From positions 19,431-83,430 of the forward strand of contig JASBVG010000064.1 of assembly GCA_030147505.1 (NCBI GenBank): a DNA stretch of 64,000 nucleotides, read 5' to 3'. This document shows positions 30,065 through 39,553 of the stretch, one piece after another; within the stretch, counting starts at the first letter, position 1; each line of letters opens with the position of its first letter. The translations under genes and the position numbers were made by a program. Origin of the DNA: Tardiphaga sp. Its GTDB lineage: Bacteria > Pseudomonadota > Alphaproteobacteria > Rhizobiales > Xanthobacteraceae. Under the pieces are notes generated by a model. The model did not search any database, was not told the origin of the DNA, and saw only the letters and a list, made by a program, of their open reading frames with translations.

Positions 30065-33000
30065 CTATGGTTGATATAGTTCTGTCACCACCTGTAAACG
30101 GTGTCATTCGCTTCAATTCTCCAATTGGTCCTCGATTTGGGCGTCAGCACTATGGAACGGATTGGGGACCGGAGATCCGCGGAGACGCGGGCGACGAAAT
30201 GGTTGCGATGGCCAGTGGAAAGGTCGTCGCTCAGTATTTTAGTACATCGTTCGGCAATGTTGCCATTGTCGAGAGTCAGCTGCCTAGTGGCCAATATTTG
30301 TACCAGATTTATGCTCACTTGAGTGAGTTCGAGTATTCTACCAACGTAGTTTATTCGCAGAATCCCCCAGCGGTCTCTGTCGGGCAAGTCGTTGGCTACA
30401 TGGGCGGCACGCCAAATTACGCAGTTCATGGTCATACCGACACGGTTATCGCAGATGGTAAGCTAACATTCGTCCAAGGGCAGACATTTCCGCCAGGGGC
30501 AAGTGGCGCAATTGGTGGAGTAAATTGGCAACGGAGTGAGACTCAAACATTCTTGTTGTCAAACGGCATGCTGGTAACTTCTGGCAATGGCCAATTCAAT
30601 ATAACCGGCAGCGGAATTCCGGGGTTGTCACTAACTGATGCGTCCAGCTTCAGCGCGGACGCATTTGGAATTACGGTCCCTCTAAGCGTCAGTCGTGACG
30701 GAGTACGAAATGCCAATGCTCCGTGGGTTGAGCTGAAGCTAGACAATAGCGGCACGTATGAGCTGATGGTGAATGGTGCGTCTACCTTCAAAACTTGGCC
30801 AGCACTGCCATGGGGTACCGCCGCTGTTGATCTCAGCGGCACACTGTTGATGAACAGTCCTTGGTTTGGCGACTTCAGGACAACGCTGAAGGTAGGAGCT
30901 GATAGCTCTGCTTCGGTGACTTTTGATCAAAGGTGGCCCGATGGTTCGATAACCAGCCTGCGGAGTCCTTTGACGTTGGGTTGGTTGCCTACGGGAGGAT
31001 TTTCCGCCGAAGCAGACGGGACGTATCGGTACAACCTGGGCGCCAGTGGCAACGCGCTTGTTGTTAATCCAAATGGGTCTACTTCCATCATCGACTCGAC
31101 CTTTGAGATTCTGCGAAGCTGGAATGCAGGTCAACTTGGCTCAATAGAGCAACGTCAGAACGGAACCATTGTCGTTGGACTGATTAACAGCGTTGGAGGC
31201 ACGGGCGCAGCACTCCAACAGTTCTTGCTAGATCCCGCCGGGAGCCTATCTGCTCTCAATGGCATCAGTTATGCTCCGCCCGCTGACTGGGCAAATACGT
31301 CTCCAGGGACTATCGTCTCTGACGCGACCTCTCTACAGAATACAATAAATAGTCTGATAGGGACAATTTCGCCATCAGGTCCGACGAATAACTCGTTGCT
31401 AGATGTTGCTGTGCAAAGCTGGGCTGTTACAGGGTCGCTGCAAGGCGGAGCAACGCAAGGACCTCCGACCGGGTGGGCAGATCTAGGCCGGGGCATTAGT
31501 TATCCCTATGCATACGCAGGCTCTCCGGTCATCAACAGCGACGGCATTCTGGCCGTTGCTCAAAGCTATCTGATTACGGGCAACATCGGTCCGGCTAGGC
31601 AGGCTACGCAAAGCGCGATCAGTGATTTTTGGGCAAGAATTGACGTGGGTGGAGGAAAGTTCGGTGTTGGCAGTCCAGTCGCGCCTGCTGTTCCGTTCCT
31701 TCAACAGACTGCCCGCTGGGCAGCTTTGACGGGTTGGGGGGATACACTTCAAAATATCGATCCTCTTGTGTTGGATCTCGATGGAGACGGGATCGAACTG
31801 ACAAGCTGGATCGAGGGGAATGTCTTCTTTGATACAGTCGGCGATGGTAAGCAGCATCAAACGGGTTGGGTTTCCGGCGGTGACGGCATTCTCTCTCTCG
31901 ACTTAAATGGAAATGGCAAGATTGACGACATTTCCGAGACGCTGTCGATCAATTTCAATGCAGGTAGCACGCCCGGCAATTACGTCGATGGCTTGGCGGC
32001 TCTCGCAGCGTTAGCTCTGCCGAACGCAACGGTGTTTTCCAGCGCGGCATCACGGATCAACGCAACGACGGGACACCTCTATTTCGACGATCTAAGAGTC
32101 TGGATTGACGCCAATCGAGATGGAAAAACGGACGCTGGAGAGCTGAAGACTCTCAGCGAGCTTGGAATCGTTTCCATTGGTCTTGTTGGTACCGGAAATC
32201 TCGGCGAAGCAATCGCTGGGAACGACGTTATGAACCGGGCGACGTTCACAAGAACAAATGGATCTGTCGGTCAAGTTGCGAGCGTGGATTTTCAGGTCGA
32301 TTCAGCTTCTATTAGTATCACGACAACGGGTGGAGCGGCGATCATCAAGTCGGAAGGCTCTAGCAACGTTACAAGCTATGTTGTCACCGATGGCTCGGGC
32401 CACACGATCAATGTGTCAACGTTCACGCTGGCCGATGGTACGCGCCCGACTGCTTTCTACTCGACGACGGGTAACGACAGCTTCATCGTCAATTCGAACG
32501 ATACCCAAGGATATTGGCTCGGAGGCGGAACCGGGTCTATGACGCTGAGGGGAGGTGCAGGGAACGATGTTCTTCTCATCAACGCGAACACACTCCAGGC
32601 AAATATCGACGGCGGCGCTGGCTTCGATATTGTGAAGGTCAACGATACTGTTGGCGTGACGCTGGATCTCGCAGCAGCTCACGTTGAGGAAGCGATTGGC
32701 GGAGCCGGAAATGATACGTTCAACGCTTCCGGAATGACCTCGAATGCCTTCCTCGATGGCGGTGCTGGAAATGACATACTGATCGGCGGTGCCGCCAATG
32801 ATGCGATTGGCGGTGGAGAAGGCGACGACTACATTGATGGGCGCGCTGGCAACGATGTGCTGCGCGGAGGCAATGGGCGCGATATAATCTTCGGAGGCGA
32901 TGGAGACGACATTCTCTTCGGAGAAGCTGGAGACGACGTGCTGATCGGAGGTGCGGTGTCCGGCCCGAACGGCGCCAATGTTCTCGAAGGCGGGGAAGGC

Positions 33001-36000
33001 AACGACCTCTTGATCGGAACGGGGGGCTATTCGATTGCGCGCTTCCGAGGCAATTTTGCCGACTACAGTTTCACGCGCAACGCCGACGGCACGTTGACCG
33101 TTACCGACAAAATTGAGAATCGCGACGGAACAGATACACTCAAAGATATATCCGCGCTCGACTTCGCAGACATTAATCAGGTAGCTATCGTTTCCAGCGG
33201 ATCGGGTTACGGATTCAGCCTACCTGTCAACGACGAGATAAAGGTTTCCGGTACAGGTCCGTATACGATTGCAGCATCAACGCTCCTGGCTAACGACACG
33301 AATTTCGCTGGATTGGCTATCGCGATCCGGCAACTTATTGATGTCAACGGTAATGCTATCGGGCGTGGCACGAGTGGCCAAGTGATCGGTGGCGTTGCCG
33401 CACTGAGTTCAGATGGAGCAACCATCACGTTCACGCCGGCTGCTGGCTTTACGGGTGTGATGCAGTTCAAATACTATGTGCAGGACGCTGGCGGCAAGAA
33501 CGGCATGGTCGTGCAACAGGTCAGCACAGGCAATAGCGCCGAACTGTCGGGTACAGTGTTCTTGAATACGCCTGACCAACCAGATGAGCCGTTGTTCAAT
33601 CAGCAGTGGTATTTGCCGCAAGTGAACGTTCTTCCTGTCTGGAAGGATTATACGGGAGCTGGTGTAAGCGTTGGAGTGTTTGACCCGACTGGAAACGCTA
33701 ACCTTGGCCATTCCGATCTAGTCGCGAATGCTGGCGCATCCTACAAGGTCAATGGAAATCCAGGTGTTGAGGCTTACGGAAACCACGCGACAATTGTGGC
33801 TGGCATCATCGGCGCGTCGCGGAATGGCGAGGGTGTCGTTGGGGTCGCGTATAACGCAACGATCAGTTCCGAAGCGCTGGCGCCCAAGACGTATCTCGAC
33901 ATCGCGAATATCTACAACTGGTACCGTTACGACGTCGTCAACAACAGTTGGGGAACGACAGGATACTTCAATCTCACCGGGCAAGATATTCCGTTCTACA
34001 AGACCGCATTCGAGCAAGCCGTCGTTTACGGCCGCAACGGACTTGGTACCTCGATCGTGTTCGCTGGCGGAAATAGTCGGAACCAGGGTGACAACTCAAA
34101 TTATCATAGCGACAGCAACTCTCGATACGCGATCAATGTCGGTGGTGTGAACGCGCAGACAGATCTCGGATCGCTTCTGATCAATCCTGCTGCGTTCAGC
34201 ACGCCAGGGGCATCGATCCTCGTCTCTGCGCCTGCCTCGAATGTTGTATCGACAAGCGAACTGATCACAAGTTCTACAGGAACGACGTTTGGGAGTGATT
34301 ATCAAGCCGCAAAGGGGACATCATTTGCAGCGCCGATCGTCTCGGGCATAGTTGCGCTGATGCTCGAGGCTAATCCGCTGCTTGGGTATCGCGACATCCA
34401 GAAGATTCTGGCCTATTCGGCTTCGAAGGTTGACCCTTTGAATGCGACGTGGACATACAACGGCGCCTTCAATTGGAATGGTGGCGGGCTCCACGTGAGC
34501 AATGACTACGGGTTCGGAATGGTCGATGCTCTTGCGGCTGTGCGCCTTGCCGAGACGTGGACCGAGCAGCAGACCTACTATAACGAGCAAGTTCAGGGCG
34601 TGCATAATGAGCCTGGCGATGGACAGCCGGTACCAATACAGGACGGAGGCGGGCTGTCGTGGACGACGAATGTCGCTTTGGGAGACTGGTTCAGCATCGA
34701 GCATGTTGATCTGCGAATTACGCTCGATCACGCCAATCTTGGTGATCTGAAGATCAAGTTAACGTCGCCCGATGGCACCGTTTCAATTTTGCTGGACCGT
34801 CCGGGCGTCTCGGTTGCTGACCCCGACGGAACCGGCACGACGTCGCTCAACTTCACCTTCGACAGCGTTCAGTTCTGGGGCGAAGCAATTACGGGTACAT
34901 GGACGCTGGAGGTCACCGACAACAACATCAACGGTGCGGCCGGAGTCGTGAAGGATTGGGATCTCTACTTCTACGGCGAGGATACGACCTTCGATGATAC
35001 CTACATCTATACGAATGAATTCGGCTCTCTCGGGACCGGCGCTCGTGCCACGCTTGTTTCCAATGGCGGATTTGACACACTAAATGCCGCTGCGATCACT
35101 TCGAACAGTATCATCAACCTGACACCCGGATCGATCAGCACGCTCGCTGGGCGCAGCCTGGTGATTAACAGCCCATCGACCGTTTACAATGCATTCGCCG
35201 GTGATGGGCACGACCAGTTGATCGGAAGTGCTGCGGACAATGCATTGTACGGTGGTCGTGGCAACGATGTTCTCAGTGGTGGAGACGGCCGCGATATTCT
35301 TTCGGGCGATCAGGGAAATGATGTCATGACCGGCGGCACAGGCCAGGACATGTTCGTCATCAAGAAGAGCCCTGGAGACCAAGACACGATTGTCGATTTC
35401 AAGAGTGGCGGGATCGAAAAGATCGCATTCGTCGGATTTGGTACCAGCTTCTCTTTTGCATCGATCACCGTCACTCAGATCGGAGCGAATACCGTCCTCG
35501 GCCTGGGCGACGGACAAACCGTCACCTTACAGAACTTTACGGCAAGCCAGTTCGCCGCTGGCGACATTCTAAGTTTCGATAATTTCCACTATCTGAGCCA
35601 AAGCACAGGTACGGCGGGGGCCGATACTTACGTCTGGGCTGGTGATAATGATTGGCTCGCGCTTGGAGAAGGCGGAAACGACTCTCTGTTTGGCGGTACC
35701 GGGAATGACAGGTTGTTTGGTGGAGCGGGACAGGACCTGCTGTCGGGCGGTCTGGGAGATAATACGCTAACGGGCGGCGCCGACGCGGATCTGTTTGTCA
35801 TCGGCAGTAATCCTGGAGGTCTCGATACGATTACTGACTTCACGCCTGGCAATCTGGACCGTATCGCCATCGTTGGCTTCCCGGAAATCCGATCGTTTAG
35901 CGATCTCGTCGCAACGCAAGTTGGAGCGGATACGGCAATTAATTTGGGTGCAGGCCAGGCGCTTCTGCTCAAGAACACGCTTGTTAGCTCGCTTTCGATC

Positions 36001-37569
36001 AATAGTTTCGTGTTCCTCGAAACGTTCCCCTACGTAAATCAGGTGACAGGTACCGCTGCCGTTGAAGCGTTCCAGTGGGGAGGGCCGGCTGGCCTTATCG
36101 CATTCGGGGAGGGGGGGAATGATATCATCATCGGATATAACTATGCCGACGCCCTCTACGGCGGCGATGGAAACGACATTCTCTTCGGTAGAGGCGGTGA
36201 CGATCGTCTTGATGGTGGCAACGGAAACGATTTGTTGAACGGTGACAGCGGCAATAACACCCTCACAGGTGGCGCTGGTGCGGACGTCTTCGCGATCACC
36301 AAGCAAGCCAATTCGACTACTGTTATCACGGATTGGAAAGCATCTGATGGGCGCGACAAACTTGTTTTTGAGCTGTTCCCTTCGCCTCTTTCACTGAACC
36401 CAATTCAGCAAGGGGCGGACACAGTTCTCCAATTGGTGGACAATCAGAAAGTCATCTTGAAGAACACTCTCGTTTCTTCAGTCACCAGCGACGATCTTGT
36501 GTTGGTCGATACATGGCAGGTGGGTGGCCAGTTTAGCGGAACGGATCTTGCGGACTCGTTCGTCGCTCCTACGGATGACAACTACGTCATCTGGGGATAT
36601 GGCGGTAATGACCAGATATATGGCGGGTACGGCATCGACCAGATTTATGGTGGCGACGGTGCTGATGTGATCGTAGGTGACTTGGAGAACACTAGCGGCG
36701 TCGGAGGCAACGACGTGCTTTATGGCGGTGCTGGCAATGACCAGATTTTCGGTTGCGGCGGTGATGATGTCATCCGCGGCGATGCCGGGAATGACTATAT
36801 TCAAGGCGATCAAGGCAACGACATCCTGATCGGCGGCGCTGGCATCGATCAGTTGTACGGTGGTGCAGGCAACGATATTCTCATTCTTGAGAACGAAGAT
36901 GACTATTTCTACGGTCAGGCCGGTAGAGATACGTTCGTGGTTCTGAACAATCCTGGGTTTACAATTGGTTCTGGGCTCAAGAATCTCATCATGGATTTTG
37001 ATGCCTCGGCCGCAGGGGACAAGATTGATCTATCGGGAATTCCTACGGCGATCTCGATGGCCGATGTTGAGCAGGTCAATTTCACATATCAGGGCGGCAA
37101 TTACAGTCGTGTCTACGTTGCCGGTATCAATTCGGACCAGTATGTGACTCTGTATTATGGCACAGGGGCCATCCCGGTCCTCACGGCGTCAAGCTTTATC
37201 TTTGGAGCGGGTGCCGGATTGAGAAGTACGGCATCCACGAGCGAGGACGAACCTTTACCTTCTATCTCGAACGAGTTCTTGAATAGCGTTGTTCCTGAGC
37301 TGTCGTTGGCCAGCGGGATCGCTGTTCCGTCAGAGATGGAGAATTGGTCTAGAGACAGTAGCCAGCCCATCGTGATCGCCGCTGACAATGATTTCGGCGG
37401 ATCGGCGGCTATATCGAATCTTGACGTGGCAGCTATAACGGCGGCTAACCGTCTCGCTGATGCGCTGGCATCATTTAATGCGCAGCCCAACGGTTCGATC
37501 GATGCGTCAAGCTCGACTTACTATCAAGTCCGGCAGGATGTTCCAGTGATCGCTCCTGCTTCGGTTTAA
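30061..37569 (+). CDS. RTX exoprotein: M23 peptidase, FrpC-like self-processing module, RTX repeats, cadherin-like domain, S8 protease, P-domain, RTX repeats (2502 aa)
   Basis: HYGTD/YAHL/HGH (M23); DPLVLDLDGDGIE...GWV...DLNGNG...LRVW.D.N.DG...GELKTL.ELG (SPM); many GGxGxD repeats; S8 residues VGVFD, NHAT, GGNS, GTSFAAP; EHVDLRITLDH...LTSPDGT...WGE...GTWTLEVTD (P-domain); no signal peptide. Confidence 0.92.
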   Translation: MTMVDIVLSPPVNGVIRFNSPIGPRFGRQHYGTDWGPEIRGDAGDEMVAMASGKVVAQYFSTSFGNVAIVESQLPSGQYLYQIYAHLSEFEYSTNVVYSQNPPAVSVGQVVGYMGGTPNYAVHGHTDTVIADGKLTFVQGQTFPPGASGAIGGVNWQRSETQTFLLSNGMLVTSGNGQFNITGSGIPGLSLTDASSFSADAFGITVPLSVSRDGVRNANAPWVELKLDNSGTYELMVNGASTFKTWPALPWGTAAVDLSGTLLMNSPWFGDFRTTLKVGADSSASVTFDQRWPDGSITSLRSPLTLGWLPTGGFSAEADGTYRYNLGASGNALVVNPNGSTSIIDSTFEILRSWNAGQLGSIEQRQNGTIVVGLINSVGGTGAALQQFLLDPAGSLSALNGISYAPPADWANTSPGTIVSDATSLQNTINSLIGTISPSGPTNNSLLDVAVQSWAVTGSLQGGATQGPPTGWADLGRGISYPYAYAGSPVINSDGILAVAQSYLITGNIGPARQATQSAISDFWARIDVGGGKFGVGSPVAPAVPFLQQTARWAALTGWGDTLQNIDPLVLDLDGDGIELTSWIEGNVFFDTVGDGKQHQTGWVSGGDGILSLDLNGNGKIDDISETLSINFNAGSTPGNYVDGLAALAALALPNATVFSSAASRINATTGHLYFDDLRVWIDANRDGKTDAGELKTLSELGIVSIGLVGTGNLGEAIAGNDVMNRATFTRTNGSVGQVASVDFQVDSASISITTTGGAAIIKSEGSSNVTSYVVTDGSGHTINVSTFTLADGTRPTAFYSTTGNDSFIVNSNDTQGYWLGGGTGSMTLRGGAGNDVLLINANTLQANIDGGAGFDIVKVNDTVGVTLDLAAAHVEEAIGGAGNDTFNASGMTSNAFLDGGAGNDILIGGAANDAIGGGEGDDYIDGRAGNDVLRGGNGRDIIFGGDGDDILFGEAGDDVLIGGAVSGPNGANVLEGGEGNDLLIGTGGYSIARFRGNFADYSFTRNADGTLTVTDKIENRDGTDTLKDISALDFADINQVAIVSSGSGYGFSLPVNDEIKVSGTGPYTIAASTLLANDTNFAGLAIAIRQLIDVNGNAIGRGTSGQVIGGVAALSSDGATITFTPAAGFTGVMQFKYYVQDAGGKNGMVVQQVSTGNSAELSGTVFLNTPDQPDEPLFNQQWYLPQVNVLPVWKDYTGAGVSVGVFDPTGNANLGHSDLVANAGASYKVNGNPGVEAYGNHATIVAGIIGASRNGEGVVGVAYNATISSEALAPKTYLDIANIYNWYRYDVVNNSWGTTGYFNLTGQDIPFYKTAFEQAVVYGRNGLGTSIVFAGGNSRNQGDNSNYHSDSNSRYAINVGGVNAQTDLGSLLINPAAFSTPGASILVSAPASNVVSTSELITSSTGTTFGSDYQAAKGTSFAAPIVSGIVALMLEANPLLGYRDIQKILAYSASKVDPLNATWTYNGAFNWNGGGLHVSNDYGFGMVDALAAVRLAETWTEQQTYYNEQVQGVHNEPGDGQPVPIQDGGGLSWTTNVALGDWFSIEHVDLRITLDHANLGDLKIKLTSPDGTVSILLDRPGVSVADPDGTGTTSLNFTFDSVQFWGEAITGTWTLEVTDNNINGAAGVVKDWDLYFYGEDTTFDDTYIYTNEFGSLGTGARATLVSNGGFDTLNAAAITSNSIINLTPGSISTLAGRSLVINSPSTVYNAFAGDGHDQLIGSAADNALYGGRGNDVLSGGDGRDILSGDQGNDVMTGGTGQDMFVIKKSPGDQDTIVDFKSGGIEKIAFVGFGTSFSFASITVTQIGANTVLGLGDGQTVTLQNFTASQFAAGDILSFDNFHYLSQSTGTAGADTYVWAGDNDWLALGEGGNDSLFGGTGNDRLFGGAGQDLLSGGLGDNTLTGGADADLFVIGSNPGGLDTITDFTPGNLDRIAIVGFPEIRSFSDLVATQVGADTAINLGAGQALLLKNTLVSSLSINSFVFLETFPYVNQVTGTAAVEAFQWGGPAGLIAFGEGGNDIIIGYNYADALYGGDGNDILFGRGGDDRLDGGNGNDLLNGDSGNNTLTGGAGADVFAITKQANSTTVITDWKASDGRDKLVFELFPSPLSLNPIQQGADTVLQLVDNQKVILKNTLVSSVTSDDLVLVDTWQVGGQFSGTDLADSFVAPTDDNYVIWGYGGNDQIYGGYGIDQIYGGDGADVIVGDLENTSGVGGNDVLYGGAGNDQIFGCGGDDVIRGDAGNDYIQGDQGNDILIGGAGIDQLYGGAGNDILILENEDDYFYGQAGRDTFVVLNNPGFTIGSGLKNLIMDFDASAAGDKIDLSGIPTAISMADVEQVNFTYQGGNYSRVYVAGINSDQYVTLYYGTGAIPVLTASSFIFGAGAGLRSTASTSEDEPLPSISNEFLNSVVPELSLASGIAVPSEMENWSRDSSQPIVIAADNDFGGSAAISNLDVAAITAANRLADALASFNAQPNGSIDASSSTYYQVRQDVPVIAPASV

Positions 37570-38241
37570 TGTAGATGCGGATCGGAGGCAGCGGCTTGCG
37601 TTGCCGCCTCCGGTCCGTGGGAGACATCTGCTGCTTGGCTTGGTCCCATCGCGCACATAGTAAGCCTGTACCTTTTCGGGGCATTCGGAGATGCATAGGT
37701 GTAGGCTCTTCCTAGTTCTGATCAATTCGGCTTGCTTCGGCGCGAGCTGAAAGAAAGTTGCAGAGGCTTGCGTAAAACTCCAAGCTATGGTCGCGTTCTC
37801 GGTGGGACGCTCGCGATGGGTAATAAGGAGCTCGGATCTGGAGAGGCAGCAGCGGAAGATCGAGGTGACCGAAAACGAACGGCGCAAATACTCCCATTCA
37901 AGGACGTCCCGATGAGCCTCGCCCGTTTGGCTTTAACCCCCTTTGTCTCCCCGCACTGACTGCCAGGGCTTCGCCGGGCTCGCAAATGCATTCCGCTGGA
38001 GCGCAGCATTTTGGCATAGGCACGGCGGGAGGCGGCTTAGCAGCGGAGCCATCCGATGAACAACCGGGCCAATCCCGCGCCCCAGCCCTCCAGCGGCTGC
38101 AATCTGATCGTCACGAACGGCTCCGGGGCGCCGCGTCGCTACCTGCCGGTAGTGCCTCCGCGCTGCCACGCCGGCAGATCGCAGACCTTTGCAGAAGGTA
38201 CGAAAGCTGCCTATCTCCTTTGTGGAGCTGAAGAGGATGTG

Positions 38242-38781
38242 ATGGCGAGCAACAAGGAGCTAGAAGCCGGTTTGAAGGCCATGGCGGCCGATTTCCATCT
38301 GCCTGCGGACGGTCGGCTGAAGCTTTCGAAGTTGGTGGCCGGGCATTTGCATTGGTTCGAGGCCGCCGAGCGGCGCGGAATGGTCTGGCGAGACATGATC
38401 AGGGCATTGGCCGCGATCGGCGTGACTGACAAGCAGGGAAAGCCGTTGAGCATCGGCACGCTTTCTTCGGCGGTCTGGCGCAAGCGCGCGGAAGTGAAGG
38501 TCGCTGTGGAGGCTGCGGACCGAACTGGTCGTAACCCACGACTCTCCTCGACGAACGCCGTTACTGTTCGCTCGGGATCGGCGAAGAAGTCAAAACCCCA
38601 GCAAGCAGGACAGCTACAGCGAAGCATGCGCAGTGCTTCTCGCCAAAATGGTGACCCGGCCCAACCCGTCCGGCCGGCGGCACTCCGGTCAAAGGGCCAA
38701 CTGGCCGAGGTCCGCCCTCAGAACAGAGATGTGCTCGCCTTTATGGATCGAGCCCGCGCTGTTCGTCGGCGATCGGATTAA
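38242..38781 (+). CDS. Hypothetical DNA-binding protein (StbA/TraK-like, tentative)
   Basis: GAGGA RBS before ATG 38242; helical HLHWFEAAERRGMVWRDMIRALAAIGV...TLSSAVWRKR followed by a low-complexity tail. Confidence 0.55.
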   Translation: MASNKELEAGLKAMAADFHLPADGRLKLSKLVAGHLHWFEAAERRGMVWRDMIRALAAIGVTDKQGKPLSIGTLSSAVWRKRAEVKVAVEAADRTGRNPRLSSTNAVTVRSGSAKKSKPQQAGQLQRSMRSASRQNGDPAQPVRPAALRSKGQLAEVRPQNRDVLAFMDRARAVRRRSD

Positions 38782-39088
38782 GCTGGTGCATCCGACCGGT
38801 TGAGTCGCTTGAGAGCCGACGCAGCGCCACCGCGCGCAAGGCCAGCCGCGTAAAGAGCGGCAGACGCGCTTCAAGGCCAAGCCCTGCGGATCGCAAACTT
38901 TGCCCATCAGACCATTTGCGAACAGACGCATTCATCGCCGGGCCCATCGGGCTGAACGCCAAATTTCCGCAATCTGTCGGACAACGGCTTTCCTTGGATG
39001 AAGTTTAGATCGCGAGATTATCAACGACATATCCTGCTGCGACGACAAGCTGCATCAGTGATGGTAACGGTCACTCAATTTAGAACCA

Positions 39089-39313
39089 TCAATGCGGCAT
39101 CTGCCGTTGAATCCGATGGCGCGCGATTTCGTGGCCGCGCGCGTCAACTACCGACAATTCTGCGTCATCGTAGTCCCGGTCATCCGTACCGATTTCGAGG
39201 GCGATGCGCGCGCCGTAAGCCGCAGCCTCCCGCGGCGTGGCGAATTCCATTCCCTCGTCGTCCACTGACACGAAGTTGCTGTCCCGGATATGAAAGAAAT
39301 AGCGTCTCGGCAT
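39089..39313 (-). CDS. DUF6894-like small protein
   Basis: MPRRYFFHIRD...DDEGMEF...EA...VVDARG pattern. Confidence 0.75.
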   Translation of the reverse strand: MPRRYFFHIRDSNFVSVDDEGMEFATPREAAAYGARIALEIGTDDRDYDDAELSVVDARGHEIARHRIQRQMPH

Positions 39314-39553
39314 CGTCGGGCCTTCTTGAGCCTGCTGGAACCCGAGCTTCATTTGTGCCGCGCGGACGCGGCAAGATGACAACTTGGAAGTCAACTGAAC
39401 AGCCGATCGGGCTGCTATGCAGCTGTCCAATCTGACAGGATCGTCCGCCCAAGAGGTGCGGTCAATCGCGGCCTGTTATGCGGGGGTCTTAAGGGGAATG
39501 GCACTGACGGCGTTGGTACAATGAACTTCCCTGCCAACATGTGCGGATAGGCA

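Noticed and set aside
32540-36930. GGCGG...AACGA nucleotide repeats
   Set aside because: Fully explained by GGxGxD RTX nonapeptide coding repeats.
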